Notes under the pieces: generated by a model
What the model was told of the DNA's origin: nothing
Seen by the model: the letters and a program-made list of their open reading frames with translations, nothing else
Database searches by the model: none
Shown: positions 21,037 to 29,784 of the stretch, piece after piece
Numbering within the stretch: position 1 is the first letter of the stretch
How the letters are laid out: every line of letters starts with the position of its first letter
NCBI GenBank assembly: GCA_017935905.1
Contig: JAGBGO010000010.1
Span: 13,715-77,714, forward strand
Origin: Clostridia bacterium
GTDB taxonomy: Bacteria; Bacillota; Clostridia; UBA1212; UBA1255
Direction: 5' to 3'
Length of the DNA: 64,000 bases
Translations under genes and position numbers: made by a program

Positions 21037-22148
21037 AGAAAAGAGAATCAATCATTCATATTTCGAAGCGCCCTCCGCTTTCGAATTGGAAAATGGCGAC
21101 GTATTACGGACTTGCCATTCTTTGTGCGGTGCTGATTAGTTCCTTGTTTGTTATTTTAACCGGAACGGATATTGTAAAATTCTATCAATTTGTTATTGAC
21201 GGTTCTTTCAAGTCTGATTTGTCTATGCGTGGACTTGTAAGAAATATTTTACCCTTGCTCATTACCTCACTGGGCGTAGCAGTTGCCTTTAAGATGAAGT
21301 TTTGGAACATTGGCGCGGAAGGTCAGTTGATTATGGGTGCGGTAGGTGCTACGTTCGTCGCTTTCACGTTCCCTAATTTACCCCACGGTCTGTTGATTCT
21401 TTTAATGGCCCTTGCCGGTATTCTTGCAGGCGGTATCTGGGGATTGTTGGTAGCCTTTTTCAACTGTAAATTCGGCACCAATGAGACGCTTCTTACGTTG
21501 ATGCTGAATTACGTGGCCCTCTATATTGTACAATGGCTTCGTGACGGTCCGTGGCGTGATCCGGCCGCTAAGGGATTCCAAAAAATTCCTTCTTTGCCGA
21601 AGAATGCCTGGCTGGACCAAGTGGGCGGTATTGATATTACGTGGATCATTGCCTTAGGGCTGGTTGTTCTTTTGTTTGTTTATTTCAAATATACCAAGCA
21701 AGGTTACGAAATCAGTGTCGTGGGTGACAGTAAAGGCACTGCGCACTATGCAGGTATGAACGTAAACGGCATTGTTATGCGAACTGTCTTTATCAGTGCG
21801 GCAATCTGTGGACTTGCCGGTATGCTTCACGTAAGCGGTGACGCTACTACCCACCAGTTAACCATGGGTGTTGCAAATGGTGTAGGTTTTACGGCTATTA
21901 TTGTAGCGTGGCTTGCAAAATTGAATCCGTTTGGCGTTTTGGTGGTTTCCTTCTTCTTCGGACTTTTGGAGAAGAGCTCCGGTGCCATTGAGTCCGGTTT
22001 GCATCTGTCCAAGGCTTTTACAGACGTTTATCAAGGCATTATCTTGTTTGTAATTTTGGGCTTTGACTTCTTTATTCGCTACCGCGTTTCTTTGCGATTG
22101 GGTAGCAAGAAGAAAAACAAAGAATTGAAAGGGGAGGCTGAACAATGA
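21033..22148 (+). CDS. ABC transporter permease (BMP system)
   Basis: Multi-TM protein, translationally coupled to the ATPase by an ATGA overlap. Confidence 0.75.
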   Translation: MKKRESIIHISKRPPLSNWKMATYYGLAILCAVLISSLFVILTGTDIVKFYQFVIDGSFKSDLSMRGLVRNILPLLITSLGVAVAFKMKFWNIGAEGQLIMGAVGATFVAFTFPNLPHGLLILLMALAGILAGGIWGLLVAFFNCKFGTNETLLTLMLNYVALYIVQWLRDGPWRDPAAKGFQKIPSLPKNAWLDQVGGIDITWIIALGLVVLLFVYFKYTKQGYEISVVGDSKGTAHYAGMNVNGIVMRTVFISAAICGLAGMLHVSGDATTHQLTMGVANGVGFTAIIVAWLAKLNPFGVLVVSFFFGLLEKSSGAIESGLHLSKAFTDVYQGIILFVILGFDFFIRYRVSLRLGSKKKNKELKGEAEQ

Positions 22149-23128
22149 ATACGATTATTAACTTTTTCTTTGCAGCTGTTCGTAGCGGTACGCCTCTTCT
22201 GTTCGGTACAACCGGTGAGATCCTAACCCAAAAGAGCGGAAGCTTAAATCTGGGTGTGGAAGGTTTAATGTACATGGGTGCGTTTGCCGGCTTCTTCGTC
22301 GCTTACAAAACCGGAAATTTACTACTTGCATTGCTGGGCGCTTTCTTGTTTGGCGTGCTGGGCGCTTTGGTATATGCTTTTTTGACCGTTACGCTGCAAG
22401 CGAATCAAAACGTTACCGGTCTTGCACTGACGATTTTTGGAACAGGTGTAGCCCAGATGTTGGGCTTTTGGATGATCCAGTCCAATGACGGATTGAAACC
22501 CATTGTTAATGATTCCATGATGCGTCAGATCAGCGACAGCGGTATTCCGTACTTGCGGGATATTCCGGTGATTGGTAAGATGTTCTTTTCCTACAACGTA
22601 CTGGTCTATCTTGCGCTTATTATTGCTGTTTTGGTGTGGTTCTATTTGAATAAGACACGGGCAGGATTAAACGTTTGTGCTGTGGGTGAAAATCCGGCTG
22701 CAGCCGATGCTTCCGGTCTTGCGATTAACCGTATTAAATACGTCAACATTATGATTGGCGGCGGTATTTGCGGACTTGGCGGTGCCTATATTTCCCTGAT
22801 TAACGGTATCGGAAACTGGGATAATAACTGTGTAAGCGGTCAAGGCTGGATTTCTGTAGCACTGGTTATCTTCGCCGCATGGAATCCTGCAAAAGCGATT
22901 TTGGGATCTTTGCTGTTTGGCGCATTTACCGCACTTCAAATTCGTGCGGCGGATTTTGCTGCTGAATTTTCATTCCTTAGTTTTATGACAAAGATTCCCT
23001 CCGCTGTTTATCAAATGCTGCCGTTCGTAATTACTGCGGTAATTTTGATTATTTCTTCCATTCGTCAGAAGAAAGAAGGAAATCAACCGGCTGCATGCGG
23101 TATTAACTATTACAGAGAAGAAAGATAG
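22145..23128 (+). CDS. ABC transporter permease (BMP system)
   Basis: Multi-TM protein coupled to the upstream permease by an ATGA overlap. Confidence 0.75.
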   Translation: MNTIINFFFAAVRSGTPLLFGTTGEILTQKSGSLNLGVEGLMYMGAFAGFFVAYKTGNLLLALLGAFLFGVLGALVYAFLTVTLQANQNVTGLALTIFGTGVAQMLGFWMIQSNDGLKPIVNDSMMRQISDSGIPYLRDIPVIGKMFFSYNVLVYLALIIAVLVWFYLNKTRAGLNVCAVGENPAAADASGLAINRIKYVNIMIGGGICGLGGAYISLINGIGNWDNNCVSGQGWISVALVIFAAWNPAKAILGSLLFGAFTALQIRAADFAAEFSFLSFMTKIPSAVYQMLPFVITAVILIISSIRQKKEGNQPAACGINYYREER

Positions 23129-23136
23129 GATGCTTT

Positions 23137-23982
23137 ATGCGTAAATGGATTTGTTCATTATGTTTGGTGATTGTATTGGTAACGTTTTTGGCGGGATGTA
23201 GCGGAAGTGACGTACCTACGCTGATTTTTCCCAGCGCCACGGTACCGACACCTGCGGGGACTGCCCTAAAACCCACCGCAGCCCCTACACCGTCTGCTAC
23301 TTTTTCTTCGGCGCCGACTGCTACCGCTAAACCGACTTTGGCACCAGGTAAAGCGTGGCCGTATGCGGTTCCGATTTACGACGTGGTTCGATCGGATAAT
23401 AAAATTTGTCTTACGATTAACTGTGCTTGGGGCGCAGACGATATCAACCAAATTTTGGATATTTTAGACACTTATGAAGTGAAGACAACATTCTTTATGT
23501 TGGGAAAATGGGCGGAAACCAATCCGGAAGCGGCCAAGGAGATTCATAACCGAGGTCACGAAATTGGTAATCACTCCTACAATCACGTGCTCCCGCCTAC
23601 GAACGAGGATACAATCAAGGGTATGGAAGCGATTGAACGCATCGTGGGTGTTCGTCCTACTTTTTACCGTGCGCCTTCCGGGGAATATACCAAAGAAGCA
23701 ATGGACTGTGCATATTCTTTGGGTATGATACCCATACAGTGGTCTGCAGATACAGTGGATTGGAAGTTTACTGCGGAAGAAAGCTTGGAGCGGCTTCGTA
23801 AAGATACGGCTTCCGGCGGAATTATGCTCTTCCACAATGATACAAAGACCATTCTTACGCTACTGCCTCAAGTATTACAGGAGTTTCAAGATCAAGGTTT
23901 CACTTTTGTCAAGTTATCTGAATTACTGTATCCGGAACCGTACACCGTAAACCAGTGGGGTCATCAAAAGAAATCCTCTTAA
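23137..23982 (+). CDS. Polysaccharide deacetylase (NodB-homology) lipoprotein with Pro/Thr/Ala-rich linker
   Basis: Lipobox LAGC, a PT-rich linker and a NodB domain (TFFMLGKW, HEIGNHSYNH). Confidence 0.8.
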   Translation: MRKWICSLCLVIVLVTFLAGCSGSDVPTLIFPSATVPTPAGTALKPTAAPTPSATFSSAPTATAKPTLAPGKAWPYAVPIYDVVRSDNKICLTINCAWGADDINQILDILDTYEVKTTFFMLGKWAETNPEAAKEIHNRGHEIGNHSYNHVLPPTNEDTIKGMEAIERIVGVRPTFYRAPSGEYTKEAMDCAYSLGMIPIQWSADTVDWKFTAEESLERLRKDTASGGIMLFHNDTKTILTLLPQVLQEFQDQGFTFVKLSELLYPEPYTVNQWGHQKKSS

Positions 23983-23992
23983 TGCATACTAT

Positions 23993-24028
23993 AAGAATAC
24001 GGAAGCAATTCCGTATTCTTATTTTATT
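23993..24028 (+). terminator. Rho-independent terminator
   Basis: Perfect 12-bp stem AAGAATACGGAA/TTCCGTATTCTT with loop GCAA, then ATTTTATT. Confidence 0.7.
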
Positions 24029-24041
24029 GGAGGAATGTGTA

Positions 24042-24413
24042 ATGCTGCACGGCGTGTGTTATCTCTACGGTAATCAAGAGATGCCTGCGCTTCACGGGAC
24101 CGTCACATTCCGTGAAGTTCGGCCGAACTACGTTTGCTATGAAATTGATATACAAGGGATTTCGGATCGCTGGTTATACGGTCTTCAGGTTGGGAAAACA
24201 CTTTTTCCGCCCATTGCCGCAGATGAGTCTGGAAAAATTAACGTAATTTTTTGTCGGAATTATAAAAATGTGACGTCTTTTTCCGGTTTGAAGGTAACTT
24301 TATTTCGATTCGATCACCGAAAGCCGGACCGCTATACGAAGCATAAAACGATTGCCCTGGGAACTGCCCGGGAACTGATTTACGGCGGGGAATATTATGT
24401 GAAAAATAAATAA
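24042..24413 (+). CDS. Hypothetical protein (123 aa)
   Basis: ATG 24042 has GGAGG 8 nt upstream. The ORF is bounded by a terminator on one side and a promoter on the other, and has no recognisable motif. Confidence 0.45.
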   Translation: MLHGVCYLYGNQEMPALHGTVTFREVRPNYVCYEIDIQGISDRWLYGLQVGKTLFPPIAADESGKINVIFCRNYKNVTSFSGLKVTLFRFDHRKPDRYTKHKTIALGTARELIYGGEYYVKNK

Positions 24414-24421
24414 TTTTTTAT

Positions 24422-24450
24422 TTGACAGCGGTATTTGGTTTTGCTATAAT
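24422..24450 (+). promoter_or_regulatory. SigA-type promoter for tRNA-Leu (TTGACA-17-TATAAT)
   Basis: Consensus -35 (24422-24427) and -10 (24445-24450), about 16 nt upstream of the tRNA 5' end. Confidence 0.65.
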
Positions 24451-24466
24451 ATCGCTGTTGTTCATC

Positions 24467-24553
24467 GCTGATGTGGCGAAATCGGCAGACGCAAAGGACT
24501 TAAAATCCTTCGGGGGCAACTCCGTACCGGTTCAAGTCCGGTCATCAGCACCA
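24467..24553 (+). tRNA. tRNA-Leu (anticodon UAA), class II with long variable arm, CCA encoded
   Basis: Hand-folded cloverleaf. Acceptor GCUGAUG pairs with CAUCAGC, the anticodon stem is AAGGA/UCCUU with loop CUUAAAA, the variable arm is a hairpin, the T-arm is ACCGG-UUCAAGU-CCGGU, and discriminator A is followed by CCA. Length 87 nt. The ORF 24422..24637 in the track is therefore spurious. Confidence 0.85.
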
Positions 24554-24559
24554 ATAAAT

Positions 24560-24592
24560 AAAGCACTTCTTCGGAAGTGCTTTGTTTTTATT
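24560..24592 (+). terminator. Rho-independent terminator after tRNA-Leu
   Basis: Stem AAAGCACTTC/GAAGTGCTTT with loop TTCG, followed by GTTTTTATT. Confidence 0.7.
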
Positions 24593-24766
24593 CAATCCGA
24601 AGGATTGGCATGTAATCTCGCGATAGCGAGTATGTAATCCGTTTGCTTTGCAAACGGTATGGCATCAAGCCGTAAGGCTTGTATGCTTATTTCTTCGGAT
24701 TGATTACATACCACCTACGGTGGGTTACATGCAACACTTCGTGTTGGTTACATACAATGCTACGCA

Positions 24767-24795
24767 TTGATTTACTACCGCTTTTATGATATAAT
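24767..24795 (+). promoter_or_regulatory. SigA-type promoter (TTGATT-17-TATAAT) for the small membrane-protein gene
   Basis: Consensus spacing. The -10 to RBS block is duplicated at 25510-25550. Confidence 0.55.
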
Positions 24796-24816
24796 ACACA
24801 CATAGGCGGTGATGTT

Positions 24817-25236
24817 ATGAACAAAAAACATATTGCTATTAACACACATTTAATTCTTTGCGTTGTTCTTTTTATTGTATTTCTCGGACTTTCTATAAGT
24901 TGTGCAATAGAAAGTGACATTGGCTTGAGTATTATGTTTGCATTGTTTATTTTGTTACCCTTATTCGTCTTTGGAATATCACCACTGTATTTTGTTTTTT
25001 CTGATGAATGTATCGAAATTATTTATAACTTTGGACAAAAAGAAATAATTAAGTGGAGCGATATAAGAAATATCTCGCTAATGGGTAGTTTGATTGGAGC
25101 AGGGGGAGGTTTGCCACACTATAATATTGCGTATCCCCAAAAAGAAAAAAGGCTGTTTTTTGTGGTTGGAGAGATTCAAAAAACAAGAAAGACTAAAAAG
25201 CTTATTGAAAAGTATTATAAGAAGAAAATTGTATAG
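24817..25236 (+). CDS. Hypothetical small membrane protein (139 aa) in AT-rich islet
   Basis: Two or three predicted TM helices, low GC, and the RBS-like GGCGGTGA upstream. Confidence 0.5.
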   Translation: MNKKHIAINTHLILCVVLFIVFLGLSISCAIESDIGLSIMFALFILLPLFVFGISPLYFVFSDECIEIIYNFGQKEIIKWSDIRNISLMGSLIGAGGGLPHYNIAYPQKEKRLFFVVGEIQKTRKTKKLIEKYYKKKIV

Positions 25237-25281
25237 AAAATCAGGTTTTTAGACCGGTTCCATTTTGAGTGTCGGTCCCAG

Positions 25282-25316
25282 AAAAAAGTCCTGTTCGAAA
25301 GAACAGGACTTTTTTC
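25282..25316 (+). terminator. Rho-independent terminator (bidirectional-looking)
   Basis: Stem GTCCTGTTC/GAACAGGAC with loop GAAA, an A-run upstream and a T-run downstream. Confidence 0.7.
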
Positions 25317-25500
25317 AACTAAATCCACCCTAACGAGTGGGTGAAATATTGCTTCGCAATGTGAAATTCTCGCTTCGCTCGAGTGAAATCGCTGCGGCGG
25401 TGGGTGGATTTAATTTCACATTTTGCGTTAGCAAAATATTTCACCAAAGGCGAAAGCCTTTGATTTCACCGTGAGCAAAGCGAACGCTTTCACTAAAATC

Positions 25501-25529
25501 TTGCCCCTCCGCCGCTTTTATGCTATAAT
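25501..25529 (+). promoter_or_regulatory. Promoter paralogous to 24767-24795 (TTGCCC-17-TATAAT)
   Basis: The block CCGCTTTTATGcTATAATAC...AGGCGGTGAT is shared with the upstream copy. Confidence 0.45.
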
Positions 25530-25550
25530 ACCCCCAAGGCGGTGATTCAA

Positions 25551-25889
25551 ATGAAAAATAATCAAGATAATAAGTATCCTGTAAGTCTGTTTGTAATTGG
25601 AGTTTTAATGAATCTAACAAAAAACTTCTTTTTGTTTCTACCGAGTATTATTCTACTTATTGTAGGCGTATGGGTAAAATGGTGCCTTTTTGTTGGCGTT
25701 GCTTTATTATTGTTAGATATGATCATTTCGTTAATTGAACAGATTATAATTCGTAATGCTACAATTAATAGTGATAATCCGAATTTCAAAGAATGGCAGG
25801 ATGCTATCTTGTCATCTGATTGGAAGAATAACATTATGGATTTAACTGAATCTAAGATTGATGACACAAATGATAAAGAATCTAACTAA
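25551..25889 (+). CDS. Hypothetical small membrane protein (112 aa) in AT-rich islet
   Basis: ATG 25551 preferred, since GGCGGTGA lies 5 nt upstream (the track has GTG at 25542). Two predicted TM helices and a charged C-terminal tail. Confidence 0.5.
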   Translation: MKNNQDNKYPVSLFVIGVLMNLTKNFFLFLPSIILLIVGVWVKWCLFVGVALLLLDMIISLIEQIIIRNATINSDNPNFKEWQDAILSSDWKNNIMDLTESKIDDTNDKESN

Positions 25890-26059
25890 TATAACGTAGC
25901 AAATTGGATCTATGCGACAAGAACCGGTGTATATATTTCCGGCTTCGAACCAATTTAATGCGGGTAATTGAATCTTGATCATACCGTTCATCCTTTCCTT
26001 TGATACGTATAATTATATCAATTGTATTGTACCAATAACGTCCCATAATAGGCTTTCCG

Positions 26060-26088
26060 TTGCGTTTTTATTGCACGTATGGTATAAT
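26060..26088 (+). promoter_or_regulatory. Extended -10 SigA promoter for glpK (TTGCGT-17-TGgTATAAT)
   Basis: -35 at 26060-26065, a TG motif at 26080-26081 and the -10 at 26083-26088. Confidence 0.5.
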
Positions 26089-26122
26089 TAACAAACAAAT
26101 ATCAACGAATAAGGTGATCGAT

Positions 26123-27613
26123 ATGAGCGAGAAGAAGTATATTGTCAGCTTAGACCAAGGAACCACCAGTTCCAGATGTATTATTTTTGATCACGACGGA
26201 CAAATTGTAGCAACCGCCCAGCGTGAGTTTAAGCAGATTTACCCGAAACCCGGTTGGGTAGAGCACAACCCTATGGAAATCTATGCATCTCAAATCGGCG
26301 TTTTTAATGATGCGGTGATTCAAAACGGTATTGAACCGGAGGAGATTGCCGGAATCGGTATCGCCAACCAAAGAGAAACCACCATATTATGGGACAAGCA
26401 TACCGGAAAGCCGATTTATAACGCCATTGTATGGCAATGCCGTCGCTCTGCAGATATTGTGGAAGAATTGAAAGCGGCGGGATTGGAACCTCATATCCGT
26501 CATACCACCGGTTTGATTCCGGATGCGTATTTCTCTGCAACGAAGATTAAATGGATCTTAGATAACGTGCCGGAGGCACGAGAAAAAGCGGAAGCAGGGG
26601 ATATCTTATTTGGTACGGTAGACACATGGTTGGTTTGGAATCTGACCGGTGGCAAGGTACACGTTACGGACTATACCAATGCTTCTCGAACCATGCTTTA
26701 TGACATTCGCAATCTTGATTGGGATGACAAACTCTTAACTGCGCTCAACATTCCCAAGAGCATTTTACCCAAAGTCTGTAATAGTAGCGAGATTTACGGC
26801 ACTATGAAGATGAACGGTGTTGAAATCCCTATTTCGGGTATTGCCGGTGACCAGCAGGCAGCCTTGTTTGGTCAAACCTGTTTTGAGCCGGGGGAAGCGA
26901 AGAATACCTACGGTACAGGCTGCTTCTTGCTTATGAATACCGGTGAACAACCCTTTGAAAGCGAACACGGTTTAATTACCACCATTGCCAGCGGTTTAGA
27001 CGGCAAAGTGACGTACGCTGTTGAAGGCAGTATTTTTGTTGGCGGTGCCGTGATTCAGTGGCTTCGGGATGAAATGAAGCTGTTAAATTCTTCCGCAGAA
27101 TCCGAAGGGATTGCGCTGTCCGTTCCGGATAACGGCGGTGTGTACGTGGTGCCGGCTTTTGCAGGACTTGGTACGCCGCATTGGGATATGTACGCAAGAG
27201 GTACGATCTGTGGCCTTACCCGAGGCACGGGAAGAGCCCATATCGTGCGTGCTGCCTTGGAGTCCATTGCCTATCAGACTTGGGAAGTGGTTCGCACCAT
27301 GGAGGCGGATACCGGTATGAAGCTCTCCGCGATTAAAGTAGACGGCGGCGCCTGTGCCAACGATTTTCTGATGCAGTTCCAGGCGGACGTTTTGAACGCA
27401 GCGCAGAAGCGACCGGTTTGCAGAGAAACAACCGCAATGGGTGCTGCATTCTTAGCCGGGCTTGCTGTAGGTTTTTGGAGTGATATGGAGGAACTTCGTC
27501 ATATTTGGAAACAGGAACGTTTCTTCTGGTCTCAAATTAATGGGCAAACGCGGGAACGTCTGCTTGCCGGATGGCAGAAAGCGGTGGAAAGAAGCAAAGG
27601 TTGGAGCGAATAA
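26123..27613 (+). CDS. glpK: Glycerol kinase
   Basis: Start at ATG 26123 ([18 protein letters not shown]...) with RBS AAGGTGA. The FGGY family signature is present throughout. Confidence 0.9.
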   Translation: MSEKKYIVSLDQGTTSSRCIIFDHDGQIVATAQREFKQIYPKPGWVEHNPMEIYASQIGVFNDAVIQNGIEPEEIAGIGIANQRETTILWDKHTGKPIYNAIVWQCRRSADIVEELKAAGLEPHIRHTTGLIPDAYFSATKIKWILDNVPEAREKAEAGDILFGTVDTWLVWNLTGGKVHVTDYTNASRTMLYDIRNLDWDDKLLTALNIPKSILPKVCNSSEIYGTMKMNGVEIPISGIAGDQQAALFGQTCFEPGEAKNTYGTGCFLLMNTGEQPFESEHGLITTIASGLDGKVTYAVEGSIFVGGAVIQWLRDEMKLLNSSAESEGIALSVPDNGGVYVVPAFAGLGTPHWDMYARGTICGLTRGTGRAHIVRAALESIAYQTWEVVRTMEADTGMKLSAIKVDGGACANDFLMQFQADVLNAAQKRPVCRETTAMGAAFLAGLAVGFWSDMEELRHIWKQERFFWSQINGQTRERLLAGWQKAVERSKGWSE

Positions 27614-27617
27614 AGGC

Positions 27618-27646
27618 TTGCTTTTATTTCTAAAATGGGATATAAT
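27618..27646 (+). promoter_or_regulatory. SigA-type promoter for efp (TTGCTT-17-TATAAT)
   Basis: Spacing is consensus. Leads into the efp RBS TGGAGGT. Confidence 0.5.
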
Positions 27647-27686
27647 TACAAAGATATTATTTTTATTTTAATTTGGAGGTCATACT

Positions 27687-28244
27687 ATGGTAACAGCAGG
27701 AGATTTCAAGAACGGTATTACATTTGAAATGGACGGCGGTGTGTTTCAGATCGTAGAGTTCCAGCATGTAAAGCCCGGTAAAGGTGCTGCTTTTGTCCGT
27801 ACGAAGATAAAGAACGTCATTACAGGTGCTACGGTTGAAAAGACTTTCAACCCCACTGACAAGATGCCCCTTGCACACATTGAGCGCAAGGAAATGTCTT
27901 ATTTGTACAATGACGGTGATTTGTACTACTTCATGGACGTAGAAACGTACGAGCAGATTCCCGTAAACAAAGACACGGTAGCAGATGCACTTAAATTTGT
28001 AAAGGAGAATGACGTATGTAAGATTCTTTCTTTCAAAGGCAACGTATTCGGCATCGAAGCACCGATCTTCGTTGAGCTTGAAGTAACACATACAGAACCC
28101 GGATTTAAGGGTGATACAGCAACCGGTGCTACCAAACCTGCTACGGTTGAAACCGGTGCAATGGTTAAGGTTCCGTTGTTTATCAACACCGGCGACCGTA
28201 TTCGTATTGATACGAGAACAGAGTCCTATATGGAAAGAGCGTAA
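27687..28244 (+). CDS. efp: Elongation factor P
   Basis: 185 aa with the KPGKGAAF loop that carries the modified lysine. Confidence 0.9.
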   Translation: MVTAGDFKNGITFEMDGGVFQIVEFQHVKPGKGAAFVRTKIKNVITGATVEKTFNPTDKMPLAHIERKEMSYLYNDGDLYYFMDVETYEQIPVNKDTVADALKFVKENDVCKILSFKGNVFGIEAPIFVELEVTHTEPGFKGDTATGATKPATVETGAMVKVPLFINTGDRIRIDTRTESYMERA

Positions 28245-28259
28245 AGGAGGCTACTTGAA

Positions 28260-28685
28260 ATGGCATATTTATCTGAGCGTGTAAGCTATATCAAAGGTTT
28301 GATGGACGGTATGAATTTTGATACCACCACCAATGAAGGTAAATTATTTAAGGCGATTGTTGACGTATTGGACGATATGGCTTTGTCCATCGAAGATACG
28401 GAAGAGACCCAGGATCAAGTAATTGAGACTTTGAACGAAGTCAGCGAAAGCCTTGAGGATTTGGAAGACGTTGTTTATGAGGATTGCGACTGCGATTGCT
28501 GCGACGACGAGGACGAGCCTTTCTGCTGCCCGGAGTGCGGTGAAGAGCTTCCTTTGGAAGATTTAGATATCGATGAGAACACCGAGTCTATTGTATGTCC
28601 TGCTTGTAAGACTGAAATCGAGCTTGAGTGGGATGATGAGGATTGTTGCTGCGATTGTTGCGGATGCGACTGTGACGAGGAATAA
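28260..28685 (+). CDS. Extremely acidic, cysteine-rich zinc-ribbon protein (141 aa)
   Basis: Two CPxCG/CPxCK pairs flank the poly-Cys/Asp runs CDCDCCDDEDE and CCCDCCGCDCDEE. The gene sits between efp and spoIIIAA and has a strong RBS. Confidence 0.6.
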   Translation: MAYLSERVSYIKGLMDGMNFDTTTNEGKLFKAIVDVLDDMALSIEDTEETQDQVIETLNEVSESLEDLEDVVYEDCDCDCCDDEDEPFCCPECGEELPLEDLDIDENTESIVCPACKTEIELEWDDEDCCCDCCGCDCDEE

Positions 28686-28711
28686 TTCCTGAATTTTATC
28701 CAAATTATATT

Positions 28712-28744
28712 AGACTGTCTCTGAAACGAGGCAGTCTTTTTTTG
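28712..28744 (+). terminator. Rho-independent terminator
   Basis: Stem AGACTGTCTC/GAGGCAGTCT with one U.G pair, followed by TTTTTTTG. A near-identical stem recurs at 34653. Confidence 0.7.
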
Positions 28745-28806
28745 TTCTAATTTTACACTTTCGTGCATATCTATCACTGTAATAGAATTTCAGGTGGTGA
28801 AGGCGT

Positions 28807-29784
28807 ATGCATAAAGAGCAATTTATTCATCAAATTGCGGACAGGTTAGGCGGGCACGTTGGGAATATTTTAACGAAAGCCATTTACACAGATCCCGGCT
28901 TGGTATCTGAAATCACGGAAATACGTCTTCGGATTGGTCGTCCCATGGCCGTGAAAAGAACAATAGAAGACTGCTTCCTGAATTATCAAGGGTGTCCCGC
29001 TGGAGCAAGACAAGCCTACTGCATCACACAAGAAGATCTCTCCGGTGCCATGAGCCGCATTTGTCAACATTCACGTTACGCATTTGAATCGGATATTAAA
29101 CAGGGATATGTTACGATTCCCGGCGGTCATCGTGTGGGACTTGCCGGTAAAATGCTTCCGGACGGCACCCTTACCGACGTTTCCGGAATGTCTGTCCGAA
29201 TTGCCAAAGCCATTCTCGGCGCTTCACAAAAAATACTTCCGTATGTGCTTCGAGGCAGAACAGATATATATTCCACCTTAATTATTTCACCGCCCGGATG
29301 CGGTAAAACAACCATTCTGCGGGATTTAACCCGCAACATTTCAAATGGAGTGACAAATTTACATTTTACCGGACTGAACGTAAGTGTAGTGGACGAGCGG
29401 GCAGAAATTGGAGCCTGTTTGCGTAGTATTCCAACGCACGACGTAGGCCTTCGGACAGATCTTTACGACGGATGCCCAAAAGATAAAGGTATCCTGATGA
29501 TGCTTCGGGCAATGGCACCCGACGTGATTGTACTGGATGAATTAGGCGGAGAAGGGGATCTGCGTGCCGTATATACCGCCATGCATGCCGGTGTGCGCTT
29601 CATTGCCACCATGCACGGGTACGGCATTGATCCTGCCTCGCAGCGTATGGATATTAAAAGAATGATCGAAGCACAACTGTTTGAACGGTATGTAGTACTA
29701 GACAGGAGTCGCGGACCGGGAACCGTTACAGGCATTTATGATGCGGGCGGAAAAAATATTTACAAAAGCGAGGGATTGAGATGA
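28807..29784 (+). CDS. spoIIIAA: Stage III sporulation protein AA (ATPase)
   Basis: Walker A ISPPGCGKTT, and it is the first gene of an eight-gene spoIIIA operon. Confidence 0.85.
   Translation: MHKEQFIHQIADRLGGHVGNILTKAIYTDPGLVSEITEIRLRIGRPMAVKRTIEDCFLNYQGCPAGARQAYCITQEDLSGAMSRICQHSRYAFESDIKQGYVTIPGGHRVGLAGKMLPDGTLTDVSGMSVRIAKAILGASQKILPYVLRGRTDIYSTLIISPPGCGKTTILRDLTRNISNGVTNLHFTGLNVSVVDERAEIGACLRSIPTHDVGLRTDLYDGCPKDKGILMMLRAMAPDVIVLDELGGEGDLRAVYTAMHAGVRFIATMHGYGIDPASQRMDIKRMIEAQLFERYVVLDRSRGPGTVTGIYDAGGKNIYKSEGLR

Noticed and set aside
24422-24637. 71-aa ORF in the track
   Set aside because: The region folds into a canonical tRNA-Leu with its own promoter and terminator. There is no RBS, and the supposed start is the promoter's -35 box.
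25240-25270. Possible att-site duplication of the tRNA-Leu 3' end (which would mark an integrated element)
   Set aside because: Only an 8-nt match (ACCGGTTC) to the tRNA T-arm was found, which is indistinguishable from chance, and there is no integrase gene.
28475-28777. 100-aa Ser/Gln-rich antisense ORF opposite the acidic Cys protein
   Set aside because: It is the low-complexity mirror image of the sense-strand Asp/Glu/Cys codons. It has no RBS and runs into the terminator.
28745-28806. Possible sigma-E/sigma-G sporulation promoter upstream of spoIIIAA
   Set aside because: There is a -35-like GCATATC, but no convincing CATACA-T -10 at the correct spacing, so I cannot support a call from sequence alone.
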